A stretch of 64,000 nt of DNA, from contig NZ_BPIM01000001.1 of the NCBI RefSeq assembly GCF_026004115.1, positions 3,172,594 to 3,236,593 of the forward strand. The letters are read 5' to 3'. The translations under genes and the position numbers were made by a program. The DNA is from Meiothermus sp. Its GTDB lineage: Bacteria > Deinococcota > Deinococci > Deinococcales > Thermaceae. Positions 53,954 to 63,609 of the stretch are shown piece after piece. Numbering within the stretch: position 1 is the first letter of the stretch; each line of letters begins with the position of its first letter. Under the pieces are notes generated by a model, which was not told the DNA's origin, ran no database searches, and worked only from the letters and a program-made list of their open reading frames with translations.

Positions 53954-54427
53954 CTAGTGTCTGACCGTCTCTACCTTGAACTCTTTTTTGCCCTTGGGGG
54001 TCTCGAGCATCACCTTGGCCCCCACCTTCTGGCCCAGCAGGGCCTTGCCCAAGGGGCTCTCGTCGGAGATTTTCATGGGGCGCTCGAGGACGCTGGCCTC
54101 AGCAGGCGAGACCACCTGCACCTCCATGTGGTCGCCCTCCTTGGACTTCAGGCTCACGATGGCCCCCAGGCTGACCACACTCACCTTGTTGCCCTCTTCC
54201 TCCAGGATTTCGGCACGGGAGAGGGTGTCGGTCAGGGAGTCTATGCGGGCCTCGATGCGGGCTTTCTCGCGTTTGGCGTCCTCCAGACCGGAGTCGTCGT
54301 AGTCGTCGGAGGACTCCATGAGTTCCTGCAAAATACGGGTGGCATCCTGCAAGCGGGCGCGTTCTTGCTCGAGTTCGGCCACCAGACGTTCATATCCCGA
54401 TTTGGTAAGTTTTACTTCGCGTGCCAT
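53954..54427 (-). CDS. greA: Transcription elongation factor GreA
   Basis: 157 aa. MAREVKLTKSGYERL...coiled coil with an acidic tip DDYDDSGLEDAK, then a C-terminal FKBP-like domain. Confidence 0.9.
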   Translation of the reverse strand: MAREVKLTKSGYERLVAELEQERARLQDATRILQELMESSDDYDDSGLEDAKREKARIEARIDSLTDTLSRAEILEEEGNKVSVVSLGAIVSLKSKEGDHMEVQVVSPAEASVLERPMKISDESPLGKALLGQKVGAKVMLETPKGKKEFKVETVRH

Positions 54428-54504
54428 CCGGCCTCCTGAAAGCTGTGACCTGTAACGCTTGGCGCCTTAGCTGGTCGCTAACGATGCTGCGCCATGGTTC
54501 TGAG

Positions 54505-54533
54505 ATTTATATGAGATGTCTTTCCCTCGTCAA
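54505..54533 (-). promoter_or_regulatory. Candidate sigma-A promoter for greA (TTGACG-N16/17-TATAAAT)
   Basis: On the minus strand TTGACG is at 54533-54528 and TATAAA at 54511-54506. Confidence 0.45.
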
Positions 54534-54585
54534 GGAAGAGGCCCGGCGCACCTTCTGCCGAGCCTGGTTTTGACCGTCGACCTGC

Positions 54586-54951
54586 TCAGGGCAGTATACC
54601 CCTTAACAGGATTTCTCTCAAACGCCCTGGTCGGGCCGCCCCCGAGCAGCTTTCGGTGTCGCGGCACAGGGCCACATAGCGAAAATGCCGCTCATTTTCA
54701 GCCACACCAAAGCGGAAGAACTGCGCTGCCGTGCGAGAGACATGTCTTAAGCAGGCCTCGCAGATGATGGGCGTGGAGCTAGCAGAGCGCTCGAGGGGTT
54801 CCAGAACCAGATGGAGCGGGCTTTCCTCGATGTGAACCCGCCCCTCCTTGTCCCGGTAATAAAGCACTTCCCCCGGAGGCAGCAGCTCCGGGGAAGTTCC
54901 AGGGAACAACTCTAAAATCAGCTCCCGCTCTTCGAAGATTTTTTCCCCCAT
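54586..54951 (-). CDS. Hypothetical protein with a CxxC...Cx5C zinc-finger-like C-terminus
   Basis: 121 aa with CEAC...CRDTESC. It may belong to the FBP C-terminal treble-clef family, but this is unverified. Confidence 0.4.
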   Translation of the reverse strand: MGEKIFEERELILELFPGTSPELLPPGEVLYYRDKEGRVHIEESPLHLVLEPLERSASSTPIICEACLRHVSRTAAQFFRFGVAENERHFRYVALCRDTESCSGAARPGRLREILLRGILP

Positions 54952-55083
54952 GTTGGCAGTAGTTTACCATGTCCCGACACAGTTTTTACGCCTCGGCCCT
55001 GGTTCAGGTCGGTGCGTTATTTTGTGAAAACTGTGGCGAGGCATTCTATTGAAAATACTTATATACCATAACATTTCACGGGT

Positions 55084-55552
55084 ATGAACTTTCTATTGGA
55101 CGAAACCCTGGACGAGCTGTGGCGGCTGTCCACCCATCTGGTGTGGCAGATGCGGCTCGACCAGCAAAAAGCCTTTGAAGGGCTGGGCATCTCCCCGATG
55201 CAGGCTTTTGCGCTGATGTGCATCTCGGAGGGTATTGACCAGCCTTCGGGCCTGGCTTTTGTGATGGACGCCTCACCGCCGGGGGTCTCGCAGCTTTTGG
55301 CAGGCCTCGAGGAGCGCGGTTTGGTGCGGCGCGAACTCGACCCCAGCAACAAGCGCAAGGTACGGATTCTGCTGACCGATAACGGTAAAGATTTTCTTGG
55401 GCAGATGCGTGTGCAGTGGAGGGCCGTCTCGCGCGAACGATTTGCCCGGCTAAGCCCCGAGGAGCTAACCATGCTTACCCAGAGCTACCGCAAACTAACC
55501 GACCCCAGTTCTGTGGGCCTATCAGCCGGGAGACCAGGGGGTAGAACCATGA
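55084..55552 (+). CDS. MarR family transcriptional regulator (native stop uncertain)
   Basis: The wHTH core is ISPMQAFALMCISEG..PSGLA..VSQLLAGLEERGLVRRELDPSNKRKVRILLT. As sequenced, the frame reads through into the next gene. The TGA at 55550-55552 would terminate it if the G5 run (55537-55541) were G4. Confidence 0.7.
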
Positions 55553-56856
55553 AAGGGCCAAAAGCGCTGATTGGGGCCGCCCTGGTGCTGAACCTTGGGC
55601 TCGCCCAAGGGTTCTTCGCCCCGCTGGAAAACCACCCTTCGCTGCTAGCAGGCCCGTCTGGGCCTCGAGGCCGCCCAGGCCCAGCTTCGGGCAACCCTCA
55701 GCCCCGTCAGCCTTGCAGGCCCAGGGGGGGTTTTCCTTCTTTGAGGTATCACGCCGCCCCCGGGCCCCCCTACCTGCCCCAACCCCCTCAACCCCCAGTG
55801 CGTCGCCGCTGCCCACCGATGGGCGGCAATTAACCCTGGGCCTGACCTTTACCCCGTTTCCCTTTGGCGATGTATCGGATGCGGCCAATCAGGCTGCTTT
55901 GGGGGTCGAGCAGGCTGCGCTGGGCTTGCGGCAGGCCCGTACCCAGCTCGAGGCCCAGGCTGTCGAGAGCGCCCTGCGGGTGCGCCTGGCCGAATCGGGC
56001 CTCGAGGTAGCCCGCCTTGGGGTGCGGCTGGCCCAGGCCAACCTGGAGGCCACCCGGCTGCGCGAAAGCCGGGGAGCCGCCAGCCCGAGCGAGGTACGCC
56101 AGGCCGAGGCCAACCTGCGGCAAGCCGCCCTGCAGCAAGCCGATGCCGAGCGCAACCTGGCCCTGGCAAAGCAAAGCCTGGCCGACCTCATCGGGCAAAG
56201 CAGTGCCACACCCCCCGCGCCTGGCGGTGCCAGCCGAGGGTGTTCCGCCCCAGGTGCGGCAGGCCGAACTGCAGGTAGCCAACGCCCAGATTGGCTTCGA
56301 CCGGGCCGTGCGCGGGGTGCTGCCGGTAGTACAGGGCAGTTACACGCGCAACACCTCCGACAACGACTCGCTCACGCTGTCCATCAACTCCCGTACCCTG
56401 CAGCCCAGCCTGAGCTACACCAACCAGTCCCAGGGCCGCAGCGCCCCGCAGGATCGCATTGCGGGCACCCTGCAAATCGGGCTTTCGGCCAACATTGCTT
56501 TTGGGGTGCTGGACGCCCTCGAGGCAGCCCAGAAGCAGGTGGATGCGGCCCGACAGGCCCTCGAGGCCGCACGCCGCAACAGCAAGCTCCAGGAGGACTT
56601 GCTCCGCTCCTCCTTGCAAACCGCCGAGCAAGGCCTGGCCAATGCCCTGCAAGCCCGCGCCGACGCCGAACGCAGCCTGGCTGAAGCCCGCGAACGCGAG
56701 CGGCTGGGGCTCTCGAGCCCCCTGGCTTCCCTCCAGGCCGAGCTGGCCCTGGCCCAGGCCCGCCTTGGCGTTGAACAGGCCGAACTCAGTCGCACCCAAC
56801 GAATTTTGGATCTGTACCGTTTTTATGCCCTGCCCCTCAGCGAGGTGAACCGATGA
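55549..56856 (+). pseudogene. TolC-like outer-membrane efflux protein split over three frame changes
   Basis: Signal peptide MKGPKALIGAALVLNLGLAQG...HPSLLA (frame 1). Then ARLGLEAAQAQLRATLSPVSL (frame 2, after 55651). Then GGFSFFEV...QSLADLIGQSSATPP (frame 0, after the G7 run at 55724-55730). Then RLAVPAEGVPPQVRQAELQVANAQ...LYRFYALPLSEVNR (frame 1, after the C6 run at 56211-56216). Confidence 0.75.
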
Positions 56857-57857
56857 AAATGGCTCTTGCCACCCGTTTGATTTCCCTGGTTGCTGTGTTT
56901 CTAACCCCCTTCACCCTGTCTCAGGCCCAGAACCTGACCCTCGAGGCCGCGCTGGCCAGGGCCGCCGAGCAAGCCCCGGTAGCGGCGGCCAAGGCCGAAC
57001 TGGACGATGCCAGCGCCAACCTGCAAAGGGTGCTCTCTGACCCACTTCTAACCCGCCCCAGCAAGGTACAGGCCGAGCAGCGGGCCGCACTGGCCCAGGC
57101 CAGCTACGAGCGGGCACTGGTTCAGGCCCAGAGCAGCATTGTGGGGGCGTATGCGCAGGTACTCGAGGCCCAGTTGCAAGTGCGCCTGGCCCAGAAGGCC
57201 CTCGAGGTAGCCACCCGCGGCCTGGAAATTGCCCAGATTCGCCAGCGCAACGGCTCCGGCACCGCCCTGGACGTGCGCAACGCCCAGAACCGCCTGGACG
57301 ACGCCCGCAGCAACCTCACCCGGGCCGAGAACGGGCTGGCCCTGGCCCAGGCCTCGCTGCGAAGCCTGGTGGGTGCGTTCTCCACGGTAGCGCCGTTGCC
57401 CAATCCCCCTGCCCTGCCGGAAGCCACCTCCGTGCAGGGGCTGCTGGCTAAAAACCCCGACGTCATCCAGGCCCGCCAGCGAACCGAGCTGGCCAACCTC
57501 CAGGTGGAACTGCTCGACCCCAGCTACGCGGCCCAGGCCGAGATAGCAGCCGCAAAGTCGCGGGCCGAGCAGGCCAGTGCGGGCGCTCGGGAAATCGAGC
57601 GGGGGCTGGGGCTGCAATACGACTCGCTGTACCAGAACCTGCAGGCCGCCGCTCGGGCCCTGGCCGTGCAACAGGCCGCCCTGGCCAACGCCCGCGAGGC
57701 CCTGGCCAACGATAAAAAGCGCCTGGACGCCGGGCTGATTAGCCAGGTGGCCTACCTGCAGACCGAGCTTTCCTTCATCCAGGCCGAGCTGGCCGCCCAG
57801 CAAGCCTTGGGCAACTACTGGCGGGCCTACTACAGCCTGCTGGCGGGAGGGCGCTAA
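56853..57857 (+). CDS. TolC-like outer-membrane efflux protein (short, 334 aa)
   Basis: Signal peptide followed by repeated coiled-coil OEP-type repeats. ATGA overlap with the upstream gene. Confidence 0.75.
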   Translation: MKMALATRLISLVAVFLTPFTLSQAQNLTLEAALARAAEQAPVAAAKAELDDASANLQRVLSDPLLTRPSKVQAEQRAALAQASYERALVQAQSSIVGAYAQVLEAQLQVRLAQKALEVATRGLEIAQIRQRNGSGTALDVRNAQNRLDDARSNLTRAENGLALAQASLRSLVGAFSTVAPLPNPPALPEATSVQGLLAKNPDVIQARQRTELANLQVELLDPSYAAQAEIAAAKSRAEQASAGAREIERGLGLQYDSLYQNLQAAARALAVQQAALANAREALANDKKRLDAGLISQVAYLQTELSFIQAELAAQQALGNYWRAYYSLLAGGR

Positions 57858-59075
57858 TGGAAAAGTCGTCCTACAGGGTTTGGCTCTGGCTGGGGCTGGT
57901 GGTGTTCTTGCTGGCCGGGTGCGGGCCGCGCCGCGCCGCTTCTTCAGAAAGCCCTGCCCGCAGAAACGCCGGTGTCTCGAAGCATTAAGGTGCGGGTGGT
58001 GCAAGCCGAGCGCGGGACGCTCAGTACCATGCGCACCACCGGGGCTACCCTGTCGCCGGTACGAGAAAGCCAGGTCGGGGCCACAGCCTCGGGCAAGGTG
58101 CTGGAGGTGCGGGTAGCCGAGGGTAGCCGGGTGGCCCAGGGCCAGGTGGTCTTGCGGCTCGACCCGGCCAACGCCCAGACAGCCTTGCGCAACGCCGAGC
58201 TGGCCTTGCAGCAAGCCCAGGTGAACCTCGAGCGCGCCCAGCGCTCCACCTCCGGCTCCCTGGCGCCCTTGCAGGCCAGCCTGGAGTCGGCCCAGGCCAA
58301 CCTCCAGGTAGCCGAGCGGCGCTATGTGGAAGGGCAGCAGCTTTTCAAGGCCGGGGCCATTTCGCAAGTTGAGCTTACCGGCCTCGAGGCCGCCTACAAC
58401 CAGGCCCGGGCTGCCTTTGACAATGCCCGTGAAAACCTGGCCCGCACCCAAAGGGCCTCCAGCGAAGACCTGGCCTTGCTCCGCCTCCAGGTGCAGCAAG
58501 CCCAGAACCAGCTGGCCCAGGCGCGGCGGGCCGTGGCCGATACCGAGGTGCGGGCTCCCTTTGCAGGGGTGGTGGTCGAAATTTTCGTGAACCCCGGCGA
58601 GTTCGTTTCGGCGGGGCAGCGGGCCTTCCGGCTGGCCGATACCAGCCAGCTCGAGGCCACCTTCCGCCTACCCCCCGAGGAGGCCGCCACCTTACCTCTG
58701 GGAACCAGGGTAGAGGTGCTTTATGGCGGTAATAGCTACCCCGCCACCCTTCGCAAAAGCAGCAAAGTGCCCGGCACCGATCGCCTCGTCGAGCTGACGG
58801 CCCAGGTAGAAGGCAGCCTGCCCCCCGGGGCCAGTGTACAGGTACGCTACAGCCTCTCCCTGGCGCAGGGCAGCCTGCTGCCGGCCGGGGCCCTGCGCAC
58901 CGAAGGCCGCAACACCTATGTTTTCGTGGTGCAAGATAACAAGGCCGTGCGCACCCCGGTGCGGGTGCTGGGCGATACCGGCACCCGGGTGGCGGTTGAA
59001 GGGGTCAACGGGCCGGTGGTTTTTCCGGTGCCCTCGAGCCTCTCCGACGGCGACGCGGTGGAGGTGGTGCAGTGA
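57857..59075 (+). pseudogene. RND efflux periplasmic adaptor (HlyD/MFP family) with a +1 frameshift after the lipoprotein signal
   Basis: ATG 57857 gives MEKSSYRVWLWLGLVVFLLAGC (lipobox) and then a stop at about 57980. The main ORF frame (57972..59075) reads back as ..ALPAETPVSRSIKVRVVQAERGTL and carries the MFP motif EVRAPFAGVVVEIFVNPGE. Confidence 0.8.
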
Positions 59076-59285
59076 GGGTTCGCCAGGCCCAAATCTATAT
59101 GAACCCTTTGCCTTCTCCCCTTGCGGGAGAAGGTGACGACACCCCACCGGCGCCATTGCGCTTCATTACAGCGACGCCATTGACTGCATCTGGGGCGTGT
59201 CGCCGAATGTGGGGCATATGGAACACCGCTCAAAAATAACCCTTCAGGTTGGGTCGGTATTAGCACAGCAGGAGGGGGTGCCGGC

Positions 59286-62200
59286 ATGAGCCAGAAAGAG
59301 CGTAAAAACCCACAGCCCGAAACCGGCGATAAACCGGAGAACCCGGTCATTGCGTTCTTTGTCAAGCGCTTCGTGTTCTCCACGGCGGTCTTTTTGGCCA
59401 TGGTGCTCTTTGGCCTCATCTCGGGCAGCCGGGTGGGCGTAGACCTCCTGCCCCGTTTCGAAATTCCGGTGGTAGCCGTCACGACGGCCTACCCCGGGGC
59501 CGGCCCCGAGGAGGTCGAGCAGCAGATCAGCCGACCCATCGAGGATGCGGTCTCGACCCTTTCCGGCCTCGACCAGATCGCCTCACTTTCGGGGGAGGGC
59601 TTTTCCCAGGTGATTGTTTCGTTCGAGTTTGGCCAGGACATCAACCGGGTGGCCACCGACGTCTCCCAGCGGGTGGCAGCGGTACGGGGGCAACTGCCCC
59701 GCGATGCCCAGGCCCCGGTGGTGCAGCGCTTCGACCCAGCCGCTTCCCCCATCCTCTTCATTGCACTTTCGGCGGAAGGGCGCGACCTGCGCGAGGTGGC
59801 CAAATACGCCAACGACGTGCTCAAGCCCCGTTTACAGCTTGTTTCGGGGGTGGCCGATGTGCAGGTGCAAGGCGCCCCCGACCGCCAGGTGCAGGTGCTG
59901 CTGGATCCATACAAGGTGGCCAGTTACAACCTTTCACCTGCCCAGGTGGTGGGGGCCATCCAGGCCTCGGCCCTGGCCGTACCCGCCGGCACCCAGAGCG
60001 ACCAGGGGCAGCGCCTCCTGTTCACCCTGCGCAACACCCCGACCACCCCGGAGGAGGTGGGGCGCATTCTGGTAGACCCCGCCCGCGGCCTTCAGGTGCG
60101 CGATCTGGGCGTGGTGCGCGACACCCAGGCCGAGCCCACCCGCCTGACCCGGCTTAACGGCCAGCCGGTAATTCCCTTGGCCATTCGCAAAACCCCCGAC
60201 TCCAACGCCGTGGCGGTGGCTCAGGGCATCAAGCGCACCCTGCAGGAAGCCCGCCTGCCCCAGGGCTACCAGGCCCGCATCGTGGGCGACACCACCACCT
60301 TCATCGAGAACACCGTCAACGACACCTTCCGCGAGGTGCTGCTGGTCGCGGCCATCGTATCGTTCATCACCCTCATTTTCCTGGGCAAGCTCAACTCGGT
60401 TTTCAGTGTGGTGCTGGCCATTCCCATCACCATGTCGGGTGCTTTGATTGTGTTTGGCTTGCTGGGCTTTACCTTTAACATCATCAGCCTGCTGGCCATC
60501 ATCGTGGCGGTCGGCATCGTGGTAGACGACTCCATTGTGCTGGCCGAAAACATCGAGCGTTACCGCAAGATGGGCTACGACAACCTGCAAGCGGTTCTAA
60601 AAGGGGCCACCGAGGTGCTCTCGGCGGTTTCGGCGGCCACACTCTCGCTGCTGGCGGTGTTCTTGCCGATTAGCTTCCTGCCGGGCATTATCGGCGAGTT
60701 CTTCCGGCAGTTTGGCATAGTGCTGGCCGCGGCCATTGCGGTGAGCTGGCTCGAGGCCCTGTTCTTCCTGACCGTGCGCCTGGCGTATTTCCCCGACCCC
60801 GAGCCTCCAACCTGGCAGCAACTGGGGGCCCGCTTCCTGGGTCTGGGCCAGGACCTGCGCTGGGGGCTGCGGTTGCATGTCTACCGGCAGCCGGGCCTGA
60901 GCTGGGAGCGTCGCCTGTTCAATGTTCTGATCACGCCCGTCACGCTGCTCCTGGCCCCCTTGCGCTGGCTGTTCTCGGTGATTTTCGGACTGGCCGGGGC
61001 CATTACCGGCAGCCTGCACGGGGTTTCGGAGCGGGTATTCCTGGGGCTGCGCGAGTGGTATGCCCGCACCCTGGCCGCAGCCTTGAAGCGAAGCGGCCTG
61101 GTGCTCTTGCTGGGCCTGGGCTTCTTCCTCAGCATTGGCTATGTGGGCCCCAAAATTCCTTTCAACTTCACGGCCAAAAACGATAACGGCCAGATGAACG
61201 TGGATCTGGTGCTGCCCAAAGGCACCGCCCTCACCGAGACCGACGCCCTCGCCCGGCGGCTCGAGGGCTGGCTAGCAACGCGGCCCGAGGTTCGGGCGGT
61301 GCTTAACACCGTGGGCAGCTCACAAAACATCCTGGGCGCGGGCAACCCCGAACGGGCCCGCCTGGTAATTGAGCTGGTCAAGAAAGATGAGCGTCAAAAC
61401 GTCTACGACCTGCTGCCCATCTACCGCGAAGCCCTGCAAAAACTGCTCGATGACCGGCCCGAAGCTGACCTGCGGGTGACCGTGCCGGAGGGGGGACCGG
61501 GCGGCGCCGCCGACCTGCAGTACACCCTAACCGCCCCCAGCCCCAGCCTATTGGCGGAGAAAAACCGGCAAGTCCTCGAGGTCATGCGGCGGCTCCCCTA
61601 CCTCATTGACGTGCGCAGCAGCCTCGAGGAGACCGCCAGCGAGCGGGTACTGGTGCCCAACCCCAACCAGCTCCAGGGCACCGGCCTGACCCCCAACGAC
61701 CTCGCCCAGACTCTGCGCATTTACAACGCCGGCACCGAGGCCGGCAACCTCCGCTCCGGCGGCGACGATATCCCCATCGTGGTGCGGGCCGACCCCCGCT
61801 TTGTGCCCGACCAGTCCAGCCTGCTTTCGCTTCCGGTGGCCGCGCCTGCTCTACGCAGCAGCTTGCCCCTTGGCAGCCTGGGACAGTTCGAAAACCGCCA
61901 GACCCCCGCCCAGCTTTCGCGCACGAACCAGGCCTTCTCCACCGGCATTAACGCCAACCGCGCGCCCGGCACCGAGGTCGGCACCTTCCAGCTTTCCAAC
62001 CTGGTGCGCCAGGAGCTGGAAAAAGCTGGGATCTTTACCGATGGGGTGCGCCTTGAGACCCAGGGCTCTACCGCCTTTGTGGGCGACCTGGCCCGGAGCG
62101 CCCCCATTGCCTTTGGGCTGGCCCTTCTGCTCAACTTTCTGGTGATCTCGAGCCAGTTCAACACCTTCCGCTACCCGCTTTACTTGCTGCTGCCGGTTCC

Positions 62201-62639
62201 GCTGGCCCTGGTGGGAGCTTTCTGGTTCCTGTACTTCTTCCGAAGCGGCCTGGACGTGGTTTCGGTGCTGGGGGTGGTCATTCTGATTGGCCTGGTCACC
62301 AAGAACGCCATTCTGCTGCTGGACTTTGCGGTGCGCGAGGCCCGCGAAAAACCCCTCTACGATGCCCTGGTGGAGGCCGCCCGGCTGCGTCTGCGCCCCA
62401 TTCTGATGACCACCCTGACGGTGTTGATGATCTCCATACCCCTCATCGCCGCAACGGGTGAGGGCTCGGAGTTCCGCAAGCCCCTGGGCATCATCATCCT
62501 GGGTGGGGTCTCGGTTTCGATGCTGCTGACGCTTTTTGTCGTGCCGGCTGCGTTCTACTTGTTTGAGCGAAAACGCTACGAAAAGCTGCGCCAGGAGCGT
62601 ACCAGCTTACTGGGCACCGCACCAGCGGTGGGGGACTAA
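59286..62639 (+). CDS. RND family efflux permease (AcrB/HAE1-like)
   Basis: 1117 aa with 12-TM architecture and two large periplasmic loops. Its N-terminus is AcrB-family (AFFVKRFVFSTAVFLAMVLFG, LLPRFEIPVVAVTTAYPGAGPEEVE). Confidence 0.9.
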   Translation: MSQKERKNPQPETGDKPENPVIAFFVKRFVFSTAVFLAMVLFGLISGSRVGVDLLPRFEIPVVAVTTAYPGAGPEEVEQQISRPIEDAVSTLSGLDQIASLSGEGFSQVIVSFEFGQDINRVATDVSQRVAAVRGQLPRDAQAPVVQRFDPAASPILFIALSAEGRDLREVAKYANDVLKPRLQLVSGVADVQVQGAPDRQVQVLLDPYKVASYNLSPAQVVGAIQASALAVPAGTQSDQGQRLLFTLRNTPTTPEEVGRILVDPARGLQVRDLGVVRDTQAEPTRLTRLNGQPVIPLAIRKTPDSNAVAVAQGIKRTLQEARLPQGYQARIVGDTTTFIENTVNDTFREVLLVAAIVSFITLIFLGKLNSVFSVVLAIPITMSGALIVFGLLGFTFNIISLLAIIVAVGIVVDDSIVLAENIERYRKMGYDNLQAVLKGATEVLSAVSAATLSLLAVFLPISFLPGIIGEFFRQFGIVLAAAIAVSWLEALFFLTVRLAYFPDPEPPTWQQLGARFLGLGQDLRWGLRLHVYRQPGLSWERRLFNVLITPVTLLLAPLRWLFSVIFGLAGAITGSLHGVSERVFLGLREWYARTLAAALKRSGLVLLLGLGFFLSIGYVGPKIPFNFTAKNDNGQMNVDLVLPKGTALTETDALARRLEGWLATRPEVRAVLNTVGSSQNILGAGNPERARLVIELVKKDERQNVYDLLPIYREALQKLLDDRPEADLRVTVPEGGPGGAADLQYTLTAPSPSLLAEKNRQVLEVMRRLPYLIDVRSSLEETASERVLVPNPNQLQGTGLTPNDLAQTLRIYNAGTEAGNLRSGGDDIPIVVRADPRFVPDQSSLLSLPVAAPALRSSLPLGSLGQFENRQTPAQLSRTNQAFSTGINANRAPGTEVGTFQLSNLVRQELEKAGIFTDGVRLETQGSTAFVGDLARSAPIAFGLALLLNFLVISSQFNTFRYPLYLLLPVPLALVGAFWFLYFFRSGLDVVSVLGVVILIGLVTKNAILLLDFAVREAREKPLYDALVEAARLRLRPILMTTLTVLMISIPLIAATGEGSEFRKPLGIIILGGVSVSMLLTLFVVPAAFYLFERKRYEKLRQERTSLLGTAPAVGD

Positions 62640-62667
62640 AACACCTCCGGGCCGCACGCCCAGGCTT

Positions 62668-62826
62668 ATACCCGATTCTCTTGATTCGTTACTGTTTGTT
62701 GACGAATCAACCCGACCGAAGGGCGACGCTTTCTTCGCCGACCGACAAGGAGGGGTGCGCTCTAGGATTCAAAAAAACAACCTGTGGGGTTTTTGGTCTA
62801 GTAAACTGTCTTTTTGAATCCGGTGT
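62668..62826. repeat. MITE-like modular intergenic repeat, copy 5 (159 bp)
   Basis: ATACCCGATTC...GAATCCGGTGT. It has a GATTCG..CGAATC hairpin, the GACGCTTTCTTCGCCGACCGACA module and the GGATTCAAAAAA..CTTTTTGAATCC hairpin. Confidence 0.75.
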
Positions 62827-62862
62827 AACCCCTACGCCCTGTCCCCTGTTCGCTAAGCATTT

Positions 62863-63606
62863 ATGAGCAAATACCGCGTTTTCTGGCTGGTTTTCTTTGG
62901 AGGTCTGCTGCTTTTTGCCGGAGCCATGGTCTGGTACACCCGGCAGGCCCTCAAACCCTATCCGGCAAACCAGGCTGCTCAGGCAGCCCTGCAAACCGAT
63001 GCCCAGGTGCAGGTACGTGCCGTTCCCTACGGCTGGGTCTTCCTGCCGCAAGGGCCGGTCAAGGGCGGGTTGGCCTTTTATCCGGGGGGTCTGGTAGAGC
63101 CCCAGGCCTATGCCCCCGTGATGCGTCGGATTGCCCAGGAGGGGTACCGGGTGGCGCTGCTTCAGGTGCGCTTTAACCTAGCCGTCACCGAGCAAGGCAA
63201 AGCCCGCCAGGCCATCGCCGAGGCGCCCGACCTGCCCTGGGCGGTGGGCGGGCACAGCCTGGGCGGGGTAGTGGCCTCCAACTTTGCCGACAGCAACCCC
63301 CAGGTCAAAGCCCTGGTGATGTGGGCGGCCTACCCGCAAAACAATCTCTCGGGAAAGCGCCTTCCCACCCTGGCCCTCTTCGGCGAAAAGGACGGGGTGA
63401 TTCGGCGAGAACAGCTCGAGGCCGCCCAGGGTAAGTTCCCGCAGGGCACCCTCAAAGAAACCATCCCCGGCCTCAACCACGCGGGGTTTGGTTCTTATGG
63501 CCCCCAGCGCGGCGATAACCCCGCCACCATCGCCTCTGAGGCCGGCTGGGATGAGGTTGCCAAACGAACCGTGGTCTTCCTGGATCAAGCCCTGACAGCG
63601 CCATGA
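62863..63606 (+). CDS. Alpha/beta hydrolase with an N-terminal membrane anchor
   Basis: N-terminal TM segment, nucleophile elbow GGHSLGG, and a late LNHAGF motif. Confidence 0.75.
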   Translation: MSKYRVFWLVFFGGLLLFAGAMVWYTRQALKPYPANQAAQAALQTDAQVQVRAVPYGWVFLPQGPVKGGLAFYPGGLVEPQAYAPVMRRIAQEGYRVALLQVRFNLAVTEQGKARQAIAEAPDLPWAVGGHSLGGVVASNFADSNPQVKALVMWAAYPQNNLSGKRLPTLALFGEKDGVIRREQLEAAQGKFPQGTLKETIPGLNHAGFGSYGPQRGDNPATIASEAGWDEVAKRTVVFLDQALTAP

Positions 63607-63609
63607 GGT

